In this document: positions 13,139 to 25,878 of the stretch, one piece after another
Layout of the letters: each line of letters opens with the position of its first letter
Numbering within the stretch: the first letter of the stretch is position 1
From: Cyanophora paradoxa CCMP329
Lineage: Eukaryota; Plantae; Glaucophyta
Assembly (NCBI GenBank): GCA_004431415.1
Contig: QPMI01000019.1
Location: 1 to 58,747, forward strand
Length of the DNA stretch: 58,747 nt
Reading direction: 5' to 3'
The notes under the pieces: model-generated
The model's input: only the letters and a program-made list of their open reading frames with translations
Told to the model about the DNA's origin: nothing
The model's database searches: none
Position numbers and translations under genes: made by a program

Positions 13139-14665
13139 ATGCCACGGCATCGGTAGTCGTTCTTTCTTCTCCGGCCCATGTGCTCGTTCGGTACGACGGG
13201 AAAGGATCGTGCGGCACCTTCGCTGATCTTCGAATGCCACAGGCCCTCCGCCGCGAACCAGAGCATCCGCGCCCTGCATGTGTCCGCTGCCGGTTCGTGG
13301 AATCATCTCATAGTGCGCGCTACCGGCTCTCACGTCGCGACAGTCGCGCAATCCGCCGTTCCGGCGACGGAGTCGGCACCCACTACCACCCTCGTCGGCG
13401 CCCTCCTCGACGATGCCGTCAGCAAGTTCAAGCTCCGGAACGGTCTCCGCGCCGCCACGGGCCCGGATGACTACCTCCGCTGGACCTACGAGGAGTTGCA
13501 GGTCCGCGCTGGCTTCGTTCGTTCCTGCCGCCGCGTTCTCCGCCGACGTAGTGTGCGCAGCGCCACTCGAACGCGTTCGCGGTTGGCCTGCTGCACGCCG
13601 GCTTCAAGCCCGGCGACCGCCTCGTCGCGCTGGTCCGCCCCAGCGGCGAGCTGGTCCGTTCTTCCTTTCCTTGTGCTTCTTCCTCCGGCGTGAACGCCGC
13701 CGCCGCAGATTACCACCCAAATTGGCTGCGCCAAGATCGGCGTGACCATGATCGTGCCTGCCTCGGTCGAGGAGCTCAGGTGCGCCGTGGCCCCGCACCC
13801 GCCCGCGCGTTGCGCCGCTCATGCCTGCGCAGCGCCGTCCTCAAGCTGTACAAGCCGCGCGCGGTGCTGACCGACCCGGAGTACAATGGCGTCGACGTCG
13901 TCGCCCACATCGCGAAGCTCATCCCCGAGCTCGAGAACTGTGCGCGGCCGCACGCCCGCTCGCCCCGCCTGCCGCCCATTTGACGGCTTCCGCAGACACT
14001 TTCACTGACGGCCTGCCGCTGGCGACCAAGTCCTTCCCCACGCTCCGCCATCTGTGGCACACCGGCTACGACCCGCACCTCGGCGGTGGGCCCGCCCCGC
14101 GCCTCCCCTGGGGCCGCCCTGACGCCGGCGCAGGCTGGCAGCGCTTCCGCGACATGCTGCTATACAACGAGCAGGCGCACCCGCTGAGCAAGGTGGCCCC
14201 GCTGGTCTCGGAGAACGCGCCGCTGCTGGTGGAGCTCTCGAGCGCCTCGACGGGGACCGTGCTCACGGAGCGCGCCGTCGTGGCGGCCGGCTCGAGCATC
14301 GCGAAGGGGGCGAAGCTGACGCCGGAGGAGCGCCTGTGCTACTCGGCCGGCTCGCTGCCGGCGACGTCGCTCTTCCTGAGCGCGGCGGCGTCGATGAGCT
14401 CGGGGAGCATGCTGGCGGTGCCGAAGGTCTTCGCCGAGGCCAAGGCCGCGCAGGAGGCCGAGCAGTGCACCGTCGTCCTCGGCGACGCCAAGTCCCTCGC
14501 CTCCAAGCCCGGTGCGCGCGCCCCGCGCCGCCGGCCCGCGCCGCCCCGCCGCCCCGCTCACCGCCTGCCCCAGCGAACGCCCGGATATTCGACTTGACGG
14601 GGGAGACCAGCAAGCTCAAGAGCGGCCCCGTCCGCGTCGAGGAGTCCGGCCGGGTCTCCCTGTAA
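13139..14665 (+). CDS. Acyl-CoA synthetase/AMP-binding-like protein, probably mitochondrion-targeted and catalytically degenerate
   Basis: Spliced: presequence-like ..SIRALHVSAA..; WTYEELQ|RHSNAFAVGLLHAGFKPGDRL..IGCAKIG..IPELEN..FPTLRHLWHTG. No canonical TSGTTG P-loop (ELSSASTG instead) and no C-terminal subdomain. The start may lie upstream (ATG 12919). Confidence 0.65.
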
Positions 14666-15904
14666 GCCCGCCCCGGCACCCCCGACAAGCTTTTTTGCCC
14701 CCCTCCCCTGCACGGCCAACCCCCTCCCATCCCCTCGGATATTAGCCGCCCTCCACCACTCGTGCTCCCGAGCGTCCGGGGCCCCTGTCCCCCTTTCCTG
14801 CCCGTAACATAATGCTTTGAGAGGCATGTACGCGTCGAGGCATGCTCTGCTTTCCGTCCCAAGTTTGTGTACTATACGCAGCCCTCGTCCGTGTGAAATC
14901 GGAGGGCATGCGCAGCAGCTTCACGAATATCTGCAGGCCGCCTCGAGCTCCCCCAGAGGGACTCTGGGCCGGCGGGGCCCGCGGCCAGGCCCGCCGCGGC
15001 CAAGGCCTTCCGCCGGGCCGCCGCCGAGGCCCGATTCCCGAGGGCTGGAAAGTCGTGGAAATATACCGGTAATGTCAAGTTGTCAACTTGCAAGGAGCAT
15101 TGCAATTGCGGGGGATCGGCGAATCGACCTGCCAGGCTGTAAATTAGGTCCAGGGCCTCCACTGGGCCAGGCGGACCAGGCCCTGAGGGTCCAGGATTCA
15201 ATTCGAATTCATTCGAAGCTGGCGCGATGATGCGCCGCGAATGATGCGGCGAATCCCGCGATCGCGCGGCGGCGCCGCGGCGCCGGCGGCCGGCGGCGCG
15301 CGCCCCTAGGGGTGACGAACCGTCGTTGAGGTGGGCCGGTTCAAGTTGCTCCCATTGAGTTATAGGGTACCGTGCCTTCTGCAAACTTAAAGAGCCACTG
15401 CAAGCACGACGTCATCAGTTGCGCACTGCGGCAGAGACCATCGACTGCGCGGCCGCGGCCTGCGCAGGCTGCGCCGCCCTTGAGCTTCGATCAGCAGCAA
15501 GTTCGAATTCAGCTTCCCGACTTCCCGGCGTCCAGCTCATCAGGCGACAATTGCAACCGCGGTGCAACCGCTCACGGTGCAAACGCGGTGCGCGCGCACG
15601 ACGACAGTTGCAATTGCAGCTTGGCCGATCGCGCGTTGCCGCCGCTGGGCCGACTTGCCGGCGACACTGTAGGCTGTAGTACTGCACTAGTACTAGTACT
15701 AGTCGACGACTTGCGCGACCTCCCAACCCAAAATCAGCGACCAGATTCCAGAACTGACCTGCAGCAGCCCCCGCCCAGCGCTAGCCGCGGCTCGCGCGAT
15801 CGGCAGCTCGGCAGCTCGGCGCCGGCGCGCGCGGGCGCGGGGAGCGGGGAGATCTAGAGCTCCAGAGGACACCGTACCAGCTGCAGCAAGCTTTTAGCGC
15901 GAGG

Positions 15905-17848
15905 ATGCCGATGCTACGGTTTCTGCAGGAGCTGCGCCGGAGGATCAGCCCGACCAAGCAAATCGCGCCCGAGGGCGCCAGCCCTGCGCGTGCAGCGCAC
16001 GGCGCCGTTAAACCTCTGGTGCTCCGGCAGCCGCCGGAGCTCGTCGCAGCCCTCTCGGTGCGTGTGAACGACGCTAGGGCGTCCCCCAGCCGACCGATGC
16101 GTATGCCCCCCTTATGTATACGCTTCCGCCGGCAGCTCGCGGACGCCTGCGCCGAGGGCAACGCGTGTGGAGGGCCGGAGTGCCCCGTGAAGTACGAGGG
16201 ATACGAGCGCCTCTACAAGGCCATGGTCCGCCAGCTGCCGCCCCCGCGCTCCGTCCCACATGCCGGCCTTCAATCGCAATCGGCTGACCCGGCACCATGG
16301 TTCTGCAGTTCCGCGCGCTCCGGCGGACGGCCGACGTAGGGTCCGATCTGCGCCCTCTCGTAGTCTGGGCGCTGGCCCTCTCTGCGGGGCGGCGGCTGAC
16401 GCGGGGGCCCGGGGCGCGCAGGGACGAGGAGGAGGCGGCGAAGCACGCGCGGTTCGAGTTCCTGCGGGACGCCAAGGGCCGCAAGACCTCCACCAAGGCC
16501 GCCCTCGCCTCCACCATCGTCGCCCTCGCCTGTCCGCCCCCGGCCACGCGAGCTCCCCCCGGCTGCCGGCCCCGCCCCGCCCTGACTGCAGCTGGCGGCG
16601 GGCAGCGCTGTGGACGCCGGCGGAGGGGGCGGCTGGGCGGGCGTTGGACGGCGAGCGGTGCGCCGACTTCATCTACTGCCTCGCGCGGGCCATCACCCGC
16701 CCCCGCCCCGGCCGCGGCGACCGCCTCCAGCTCCTCTCCCCCAGCGGTGCCCCCGCCCCCGCTCCCTCGCGCCCCGCCCACGTCCTTGCGCCTCACGCCG
16801 CGCCCAGAGATCGTGCCGGGGTGCGCGCGGCCGCGGGGCGTCTTTGGGCGGAGCCGCTCGCTGCCGCCGGCGACGCGGCGGTCGTCGCTGGCGACGGCGC
16901 GGGCGGGCGGGGCGAGCACCTCGCTGCGGCGCGTGCGCTTCGCCATCAGCGAGGAGGTCAAGCTCTACCAGCCGCCCAGCGACGAGTCGCTGCGGGGCGC
17001 CGCCTCGCCGCCGGCGCCGGGCTCCACCTCCCTCCCGCCCCGGCCTCCTCCGCGGCCGCGGGGGCCGGCGAGGCCCCGCGCGCGCCCATCTCCCTCACGG
17101 AGGCCCTCGCCATGGAGGCGGCGATGGCGCGGGGCGCCCGCCCCGCCCCGTCCCCGCAGGAGCCGGCCCCCGTCCGCGTCTGCACCCTCATCGACGTCGA
17201 CGACGCTGCCGACCCCGACGCTGGCGCCGGCGAGGAGGAGGAGGAGGAGGATGAGGAGCGGCTCGGCGGCAGAGAGGAGCGGGGGGCGGCGGCGTGCAAC
17301 GGGCTGCCATCGGCGGCCGGCCCCGCGCGGGGGCGCGTGCAGCAGCTCCCGCCGCTGCGCGTGCGCGGGCCCGTGCACCGCTCGAGCTCGCCCCCGAGGA
17401 GAGCGGCGAGGAGGAGCTCGAGATGGCGTGCGGCGCGCGCGACGCGGCGCTGCTCGCGGGCGGCTTCCGCGCCCTCGGCCTCGGTGCGGGCGGCGGGTCG
17501 CCGGGGAGCCAGCGCTCGTGCCCTTGCCCGTCGCGCTCGGGCGGGGAGGCGGAGGGCGGGGCGGACTCGGGCTCGGAGGCGTGGGGGAGCTCGAGCGAGG
17601 CCGAGGGGCCGGCGCCCCGGCTGCGCCCGCGCTCGCACACCATGCCGGCAGGCGACGCCGCCCTCGAGCGCGCCAGGCGGATCGCCCTAATACGCGTCGC
17701 AATCGACCGCTGCCGCGACACCCTCGCCCGCTCCACCTCCGAGAACCCCGCCCCCGCCCCGGGGCCCGCCCCCGCCCTCGCCCCCGGCACCGCCTTGGAC
17801 GCCGCCGCCGTGGCCCTCGGCACCTCGTACCGCGCCATCGCCGTGTAG
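15905..17848 (+). CDS. Hypothetical multi-exon protein
   Basis: Coding-like exons (CPVKYEGYERLYK|FRALRRTAD|DEEEAAKHARFEFLRDAKGRK; RRVRFAISEEVKLY) bounded by GT/AG. No family recognised. Confidence 0.4.
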
Positions 17849-18869
17849 CGAAGGACTTTCTCCGCATCCCTCCGCCCCACGCCCCTCTCCCCTCCCCGAG
17901 GACCCTGCAGAGTATGTAGCTCCGCGCTCTCCTTTCTTGTTTTTGCTTTTCTTTCCTGCTTCAAGGCCCGGAGGCTCCTCCGAAGTTCACGTTTTCGAAC
18001 TCACGGCTCCGAGGCTCGCTGGCGAATAGGGTCCGGCCTCGGTCGATGAGCCATGCCCATGATGTGCAACATCACATATAGACGAAAATTTCAAATTTGA
18101 TCTCGCTGTCGACGCGTACCGTAGTACGTCACGAGTCACAGAAGTAGTGATAGCCGGTCGCCGCGGCGCGACAAGCCCTCTGGGCCAGATTTTCGGTCGA
18201 TCTGCCGCGCCAGTTTAAATCTTTTCGAGGCTTCTAGCTATATATAGCCTAGTAAATTCGAGCTCTCAGAGTCTAGATCTGCCAGGCTGAGATCCTCGTT
18301 AATGCTTGCTTGCCGACTCTGAATCATGCGTCTAGATCTTGCCGCAGTGCTGCGATACTCGAAATTCCTAACATATACAGCTGCAGATCTAGATAACGTT
18401 TTTGTGTGATCTCTTAAGCTCAGGTTGAGAATTGAAATTACCAGCTATAGTTAGATCCCATAGTTCGCAATATGTATATGAGTATGATCGTGATATAATG
18501 TCAACCGCCAGGCCGGTTTAGCGCTGTCCCCGTGGCCATGCAGGGCCCTAAGCCCCGCTGGCTTTGACCATACGAAAGGCAGGGGGGAAGCGGGCCTCCG
18601 CGCGTGTGCCAGCGCGCTGCAGCCCATGCTGCCCCTATGTATGCGGCCTCGCCTCGTTCCGCGAAGAGCCTCGGGTGCGCCGCCACGCTCGCCGAGTCGT
18701 GAACGGGTTGGGACTCGGGAGCTCGAGTCGGCAAGCGTCGCTGGGGCCGACCGGCTTGAACGGCGCAGGGGTGCTTGCCGCGCATGTGCGTTGCATAGAG
18801 GAGAGCGATTGATACTTATTGCATAGACAGAGACATGCGGATAGATACGAGAAGCGCGCGTGCTTGTGA

Positions 18870-19275
18870 TCAGTAGTCCCGGCTCTTGTACAATCGCGCA
18901 CGGATGGCACGAATATCTTTCTGCAAATCTGCATCGAATTGCCGCGCCTGCGAAGCCTCAGAGAGAGTTTTTCAGTCTACAGGCAGTGCGCACCGCCTCC
19001 GGCGACCCGACCAAGTGCATGACGAAGCGGGTCCCCTCGACGTGCTTCTCGCGGTGCTTCTTGATCGGGTAGGCGAGCTGCGTCACAGCTGTCGATTAGA
19101 GGGCGCAAGCGCGGACCCGCAGGCTGCGGCGCACTGTTGTGTCGGCGAGAACTTGCATGCCCATCACGACGCCGCCTTTGGACAAGAAAATCGACCCGAC
19201 CTTTGCTGCTAGCTTCGCTACTTCTGCCGGCTCCACCCGCTGGGCCGTCGTGACAAGCGCGCTGTAGACCGGCAT
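18870..19275 (-). CDS. MRPS6: Mitochondrial ribosomal protein S6 (bS6m), 3 exons
   Basis: MPVYSALV..SKGGVVMGMQVLADTT|LAYPIKKHREKHVEGTRFVMHLVGSPEA|ARQFDADLQKDIRAIRARLYKSRDY*. Shows the bS6 hallmarks MPxY, GGVV, LAYPIKK and DxRxIR. Confidence 0.75.
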
Positions 19276-19700
19276 CGCGCCGAGATGCGCGCTGAACTCG
19301 CACAAGGCGATGGACGAGGCGATGGCGATGCTGGCGGGTGTTTCTTCTGGCCGGGAGCCCTCGAGGCGCGTGGTGTGTAGATCCGGCACTACCGGGAGCC
19401 GAACCCCCGGCACACTGGAGCCCGAAATTGATCTGGGCGATCCGATGCCATGATGATCCACGCGTGTCAACCTTGCTAATCAAGTGTGTCATCGAGCGCC
19501 GGGCGGGCCTTAGTCTCCAGCAAGCGATGGCGGATGTAATCCCGCCCAAGGTCGCTCCCTGGTCCCGTCGAACCGGTCGGGGGCCGCCGTTAACGTTAGA
19601 GACGGCTGACGCCGAGGCCGCGGTCGCCGCACGCGATAGCACGGGCTTCGACGAGGAACGCCGACAGCCGAGCGAGGTTCCTGTAGCTGCGGCTCTCCAC

Positions 19701-21388
19701 ATGTACAGCGACCGCGACCGACCGGCCGCGGCGCCGCCGGGGCTAGCTGCGCATGCAGAGGATCTCGGCGGCGGGGCGCTGCACTCTCTCCCCGACGGCC
19801 TCTTAGAGCGCATTCTGCTGCTCGCGTGCCGCTGCCCCTCCGACCCCCTGTGCTCCGGCCCGCTGGAGCGCCTATGCGGCGACATGGCGCGAGACGGGTT
19901 CTTGTGCTTCCACGACCCGGCGGTCCTCGCGCGCCTACGGGGCGTCTGCCGCCGCTTCCGCCGCGTCGCCGACGACGCGGCCGCCTGCGCCTCCCCGCCG
20001 GAAGGCCTCGCCGTGCGCGCCGAGGAGCTGGGGCGCCTCCCCGACCGCGACCGCGAGCGGGGCCTCGGCGCAGTCCGCGCCCTGCGGCTGCGCTCCGGGG
20101 CCGCGGCCTCCCTGCCCGGCGTCGAGCTCGCGCTGGGGCTCTGCTCCCTCACGGAGCTCGACACCACGCTCCCGGCGTGGCCGAGCGCCCCCCTCGCGGC
20201 CCTCCTCCGCCTCCTCCCGGCGCGCTGCCCGGCCCTCCGCCGCCTGCGCCTCGCCTCGAGCTCGAGCTCGGGCGGCGGGGGCGGCGCGTCGGCGGGGGTG
20301 GACGGGGCAGCCGCCTGCCTCGCCGCGCTGCCCGAGCTGGCGGCCCTGGACCTCTCCGGCGTGGCCCTCTCCCCGTCGGGCCTGCGGGCCTGGCGCCCCT
20401 CGCCCCGCGCCTCACCGCCCTCGCCGCCCTCTGCCCCGCCGCGACCGCGCCTCCCGCCGCGGCGAGGCCGATCAGTCCGCCGCCGCCGCCGTCGCCGCCG
20501 TCTCCGCCTTCGCGTGCCTCGAGCGCCTCGCGCTCCGCCTCCGCTGGGCCGAGCCGGCCGCCGCCGCAGGGACCTGCGAAGGGCCGGAGGGCGGCCGCCA
20601 CGCGCGCCTCGCCGCCTCCTCCCTCGCCCGCCTCCCCCGCCTCCGGGGTGCCCGCCCGCCTCGCCCCCCGCGTGACGCCCCCCTCGAGGCTCACCGGCGG
20701 GGGCCAGCGCTGCACCTGGAGTGCGCGGTGGACTCGCTGCGCTTCCTCGCGCACCTCGCGGGGGAGCTGCGGCACCTCACCCTCGCCGCCTCCCCCCACG
20801 CCCGCCCCGAGCGCCCCGGCCCCGGCCCGGAGCCGCACCCGTTCGCCCTCCTGGGCGCTGGCCTCCGGTCCCTGGACCTGACGCTGCAGGGCCCCCGCCG
20901 GGCTCCGAGCCCCGGCCCTCCCTCGCCGCCTCCTGCCCCTCCTCCCTCCCTCCAGGTCCGCTTCCCCCCCCCCCCCCCCCCCACCACTCCCCCTCCCTCT
21001 CGAGGCCCCGCCGACGCGCGCCGCGCCGCGCCGTGCCCCGCGGCAGGCCCTGCGCCTCGCGGCGGGCGCGGCGGAGGTGGAGGAGCTCGTCCTCGCGCTG
21101 CCCCCGGCCCCGTCTGGCCCGCCCTCCGCTTCGCCTCCCTCCCGTACCCCTCCGCCGCCCTCCTCGCGGTGCGCGCCCCCCCCCCCCCACCCCCCCCCCC
21201 TTTTTTTTCTCCGGGGGCGGAGGAGCGCTGCGGCGCAGGGGCTGGCGGAGGCGGCGCCGGCGCTCGAGGAGCTCGAGCTGCGCGCCGAGCTCGACAAAGC
21301 GTGCCCCGTCCCCGAGCCGCCGCCCTTCACGCCCCCGCCCCTCCTCCGCCGCCTCCTCGTGCTCCCCGCGCCCAGCTGCAGGCCGTAG
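19701..21388 (+). CDS. F-box-like / LRR-like protein (exon structure uncertain)
   Basis: LHSLPDGLLERILL F-box-like motif, followed by LRR-like units (CPALRRLRL, LPELAALDLSG, LRSLDL, LEELEL). Confidence 0.5.
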
Positions 21389-21467
21389 CGAACTGTAGAC
21401 TGGATACTTCAACCTCAAACCCGCGAGGGGGGGGCTCCCGCGGATCGCCCGGCGGGGGGTGGGGCGG

Positions 21468-22612
21468 CTAGGCGTCGAGCTGGAGCGGGGGCCACCAGGG
21501 GGGGATGTGGGCGACGAGGCGGCGGCCGCCGCAGAGGAGGGGCCGGGGCCCGCCCTCGCCCAGGGCCTCCCCGACGCGCACGAGGGCGAAGCCAAGGCCT
21601 CCCGCGGAGGCCACCAGGCGCCCGACGGGCCGCCCCGCGCCCCCCTCCTCCAGCACCACCTCCGCACCGGCCTCCGCCAGAGGCGCCGGGGGCGGGGCGC
21701 CCGGGGAGGCGACGAGGGCGTCGACGGCGGCGGCGGGGGCGGCGGCGGGGCCGTCGGCGGGGAGGAGGGGGAGGAGGTGCTTGCGGACGACGCCGCGGTG
21801 GTGGGTGCGCGCGGTGAGCTCCTGGCCGAGGTAGCAGCCCTTCGTGAAGCTCACCCCGCCGCAGATGTCCAGGTTCGCCTCCAGCGGCAGCGCCTCCCCC
21901 GGCGCCTGCTCCGCCGCCCCCTCCGGCACCCCGTTCACCCAGCGCGTCGCGTCGTACGCCGCCCGCGACGCCAGCCGCACGCCCGTCGGCGCCCGAGGCT
22001 GCTCCGACGCCGGCAGCAGCGCCCGGAGGCCCAGCGCCGCGCAGCGCGGGTCCGGGAAGGCGGCGCGGGGCGGGAGCCAGCCGCGCTCGGCCGCGTCCGG
22101 CGGCAGCTGCCCGCCGAGCAGCGCCCAGGCGCGCCAGCGGGCGCTGACGTCCTCAAAGTCGGCCTTCGCGCGCAGCCGGTACTTCTTCAGGTGCTCCACG
22201 AGCTCCGCCGCCACGCGCCTGTCGCACTCGATCCGCACGCACGTCTCCGCCGTCTGCGCCGCCAGCTGCGAGGCCGGCGCCGGCAGGTTCGCGGCGTAGA
22301 CGAAGGCGTCGCATATGACGCGGCCCGTGGGGCCGAGGAAGCCGGTGAAGATCGCAGAGCCGGCCTTGAGGTTCCGTACGTCGTTCGACGTCAGGCCGTG
22401 CAGAAGCTTCAGAACGTCCTGGCCGCGCGCTTCTATGACGGCCCTGCCGTCGAGCTCCACGAGGATGGTCTGCGACGGCCCTGCGCGGGCATCGGCGGCG
22501 CCCGCAAGCGAACAGGCGGTGGCGAACCGGCAGCGGGAAGGGAGGACTTGGCAGCGGGCGCCGCCTCGGATGCGTGCGCGATGACGGTGCGGAGCACCCG
22601 GCTCGCCCTCAT
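21468..22612 (-). CDS. IBA57: IBA57/CAF17 (YgfZ family) mitochondrial [4Fe-4S] cluster maturation factor
   Basis: Signature [20 protein letters not shown], plus [30 protein letters not shown] and [13 protein letters not shown] at 22612 gives a presequence-like [13 protein letters not shown] with one inferred intron. Confidence 0.9.
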
Positions 22613-22684
22613 TAGGGAAGCTTCCCGTGTTTGCCTCTACCCCTTTCACTGCGTTCGCAAGGTGTGATCCGCTGGGCCGAGAGG

Positions 22685-23978
22685 ATGCTGGCACGGTCAG
22701 CGCTTGTTCGCGGTGCGTGCCTGCAACCTCCCTGGCTCCTGGAATCAGCGGCGGGCGCCTGATTCTTGTATCTCCAGGCGCCCGCTCGTTCTCGTCGACG
22801 CCGGCGGCGCTTTCGAAGATCTCGCTGACCATCAATGGAAAGTCGATCGAGGTGCGGCCCTTGGCCGATCCCGCCCGCCCGATGTCGTGCCCAGCTCACG
22901 CGGCGTTCCGCCCATGCCTGCAGGTCGAGAACGGCCTGACCGTGCTTCAGGCCTGCGAGAAGGCGGGCGTGGATATCCCTCGTTTCTGCTACCATGAGTC
23001 TCTTTCCATCGCCGGCAACTGCCGTGCGCCCGACTCGGCCGCGGGGCCCCGGCTTCCGTAGCTGACCACGCAGGCGCGCCGCAGGCATGTGCCTCGTCGA
23101 GGTCGAGAAGTCCCCGAAGCCAATCGCCTCCTGCGCGATGCCCGCCATGCCCAACATGGTTGTGAAGACCAATACTCCGCTCGTGAAGAAGGCGCGTGAG
23201 GGTGTCATGGAGTTCCTGCTGCTCAACCACCCCCTGGACTGCCCCATCTGCGACCAAGGAGGCGAATGCGACCTGCAGGACCAGTCCCTCGTCTACGGCT
23301 CCGACCGCGGTGTGCCTCGGCCGGTCCTTCCTTTCTCTTTGCTCCTTCCGCCCGCCGACGCGCCGCCGCAGGCCGCTTCTACGAGTACAAGCGTTCCGTG
23401 GAGGACAAGAACGTTGGGGTGCGCGGGGCCGCGCTGACGCCCGCGCTGCGCGCCGCCTGACCCTGTCGGTCCGCAGCCGCTCATCAAGACGATCATGACG
23501 CGCTGCATCCACTGCACGCGCTGCATCCGCTTCATGAAGGAGATCGCGGGCATGGAGGACATGGGCACCACCGGCCGTGGCCGCGCCACCGAGGTTCGTG
23601 GCCGCCCAATCGGTCCGCCGCCGCCGCCCCGCTCACCGCCGGCGCGCGCAGGTCGGCACCTACATCGAGAAGTCGATCACCTCTGAGCTCTCGGGCAACC
23701 TGATCGACCTCTGCCCCGTGCGCCGCCCCCCGCCGCGCACGCGACCGCCGCCGGCGCCGCTGACGCGGGGCTGGCAGGTGGGCGCGCTGACGCAGAAGGA
23801 GTACGTGTTCAAGCAGGCGGCGGGCCTGGAGGCTGCGCTCGCGAGCGACGAGGCGCACGTCTGCGGCTGCGGCCGCGCCGCCAAGCAGGGCGCCTGCTCC
23901 GCCGGCCCCCTCCCCAGCGAGGCCCCCGCCGCCCCCCGCCAGACCGCCGAGCCTTTCAAGGCCGCCGCCGCCCTGTAA
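22685..23978 (+). CDS. nad11: Complex I 75-kDa subunit (Nad11/NDUFS1), N-terminal Fe-S domain only
   Basis: Presequence [16 protein letters not shown], then [40 protein letters not shown] and DLCPVGALT, followed by a non-homologous tail and TAA at 23976-23978. Confidence 0.9.
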
Positions 23979-24071
23979 TTAGCCAGCTAGCTATCTCATA
24001 ATCCATTTCGCGTATCAGGTGCCGCTTCTTACACGAGGTATTTATAGCTCTCCTCCTCGGCGCCTGGTGGG

Positions 24072-25878
24072 TCAGGGGGCGGCGTCGAGGGAGAAGGCGC
24101 GCTCCTTCTGGCGCTCGAAGGCAGCCTCGAGCTGCTCGGCGAGCCACTCCTTGTCCCGCCGCACCCCTTCCTCCGCCCACACCGCCTCCAGCACGGAGAG
24201 GAACCGCCCCACCGCCACACACGCCCCCTGCACCTCCCGCGCCGCCCGGCACCTTGCCCCCTGCGCAAGCGACTGGGCGTGAGGGGCGCGGGGCGGGGCG
24301 GGGCGGGGCGGGGCGGGCCAGGATGGCGAGGAACTCGCGGGCGTGTGCGGCGGCGACGCTCGTGGCGAAGACCTGCGAGCGCTCCCGCGCGCCCCCGGGG
24401 AGGATCCGGAAGCAGGCTGCGGCGGGGTCAGGGAGGGGCTGGGCGGGCGGCGGGGCGGGGGGCGGACTGAGGCGGGAGGCGTCGAGGTCGGGCTCGTCGC
24501 GGTCGGGGGCGGGGGCGCCCGGGGCGTGCGCGGGGCCATCGGTGAGGAAGAGGACGTGGAAGAGGTAGGGGAGGTCGAGGGAGGAGCCCTCGCCCTCCTT
24601 CACCCGCGAGGCGCCCAGCTTGATCCCCCGCACCGCCCCGAACGCGATCGGCCGCACTGCCCCGCCCTCAGCGCCCCGCCGGCGGGGGGCGGGGCGGGCC
24701 GGGCGGGGGGCGGGCACCGTGGGCGGGGTCGGCGTCGTCGAACTTGGTGAGGGCGGGGTCGAAGCGCAGCGGCCGCCGCGTCGGCAGGAACCCCGCCCCG
24801 TCGTACGCGATCAGCGACGGCATCTGCCGCCCCCTCAGCGAGGCCGGCGAGAGGGCGCGCCGGGCGCCGCGGCGCGCCTTGTCCAGCACCCTGCGGGGGG
24901 GGCTCAGAGCGCGCCGGGCGGGGGCGGGTTGGGGGCCGGCGCCGGCCGCACCTGGCGTCGTACATGCCGCGCATGGCGTCCGCGAGGGGAAAGATGAAGA
25001 AGATCATGTAGCCTGCGGGGTGTGAGGGGGCGGGGGGGCGGGGGCGAGGGGAGGGGGCGGGGCGGGCCCTCGTAGGAGACGACGTCGAGGTTGGCGACCA
25101 TGCGGGCGCCCAGCACCAGCAGCCCCACGAACTCGACCCTGCCCCCCGCACGCTCCGCTCGCCGAGGGGCAGGCGGGGGGGTGCGTGCAGGGCGTTTGCG
25201 CACGCGCCGCAGGCCCAGGAGGCGATCATGTCGCCCTTGACGAAGGCCCAGACGGGCGGGTGGAAGCTCCCCGCCTCCTGCGAGTGCCCCGCCCCCGCCC
25301 GCCCCTCCCCGGCCCCCTTCCGCAGCAGCTCCTGCCCCGCCCCGTCAGCGCCGGCTGGGGGGGAGGGGGGGAGCGGGAGGGGCGACCAGCATCTCGTCGC
25401 GCTCCGCTTTGACGCGAAGGGCGCTGATTATGCAAGAAACGGCTACGAGGCCGGCGCAGAGGAAGATGATGATGGGGGCCACCCGCGGCGACAGGTACGG
25501 AGCCAAAAGCAGGATCCTGCACGCCGCCGGCTCGCGAGGGGGCGCGGCGGAGGCGCGGGGGGCGGGCGCACGGGAGAATGGCGATGGAGGGGAGGGAAAG
25601 GATGAGCTCCATCTGCGGCCTTTAAGAGGAAGCAGCGGGCGGGGCGGGGCCGGGGCGGCCGGGGCGGGCGGGGCGGGGAGGGGGGGGCCACCAGCCCTGA
25701 GATGAAGTGCTGCGCGGTTCGGCTCAGCGGAGGCGGCTCGAGGGCGGCGCGCGAGGGTCGCAACCTTCTTGAATCGCCCCCACCACCGCTGCAGCCGCTG
25801 CCTCACCGTGAGCTTCTGCGCGAGGACCACTTCGTCTCCCAAATCCCATAGCACGGCCTGCACGACCTCGTCGCCCAA
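24072..25878 (-). CDS. Hypothetical multi-exon membrane protein (start uncertain)
   Basis: Hydrophobic exons (VAPIIIFLCAGLVAVSCIISAL; VEFVGLLVLGA; YMIFFIFPLA). Stop at 24072, convergent with nad11. Confidence 0.45.

Noticed and set aside
15670-15710. Palindromic ACTAGTACTAGTACTAGT run
   Set aside because: Simple repeat with no TIR or TSD context.
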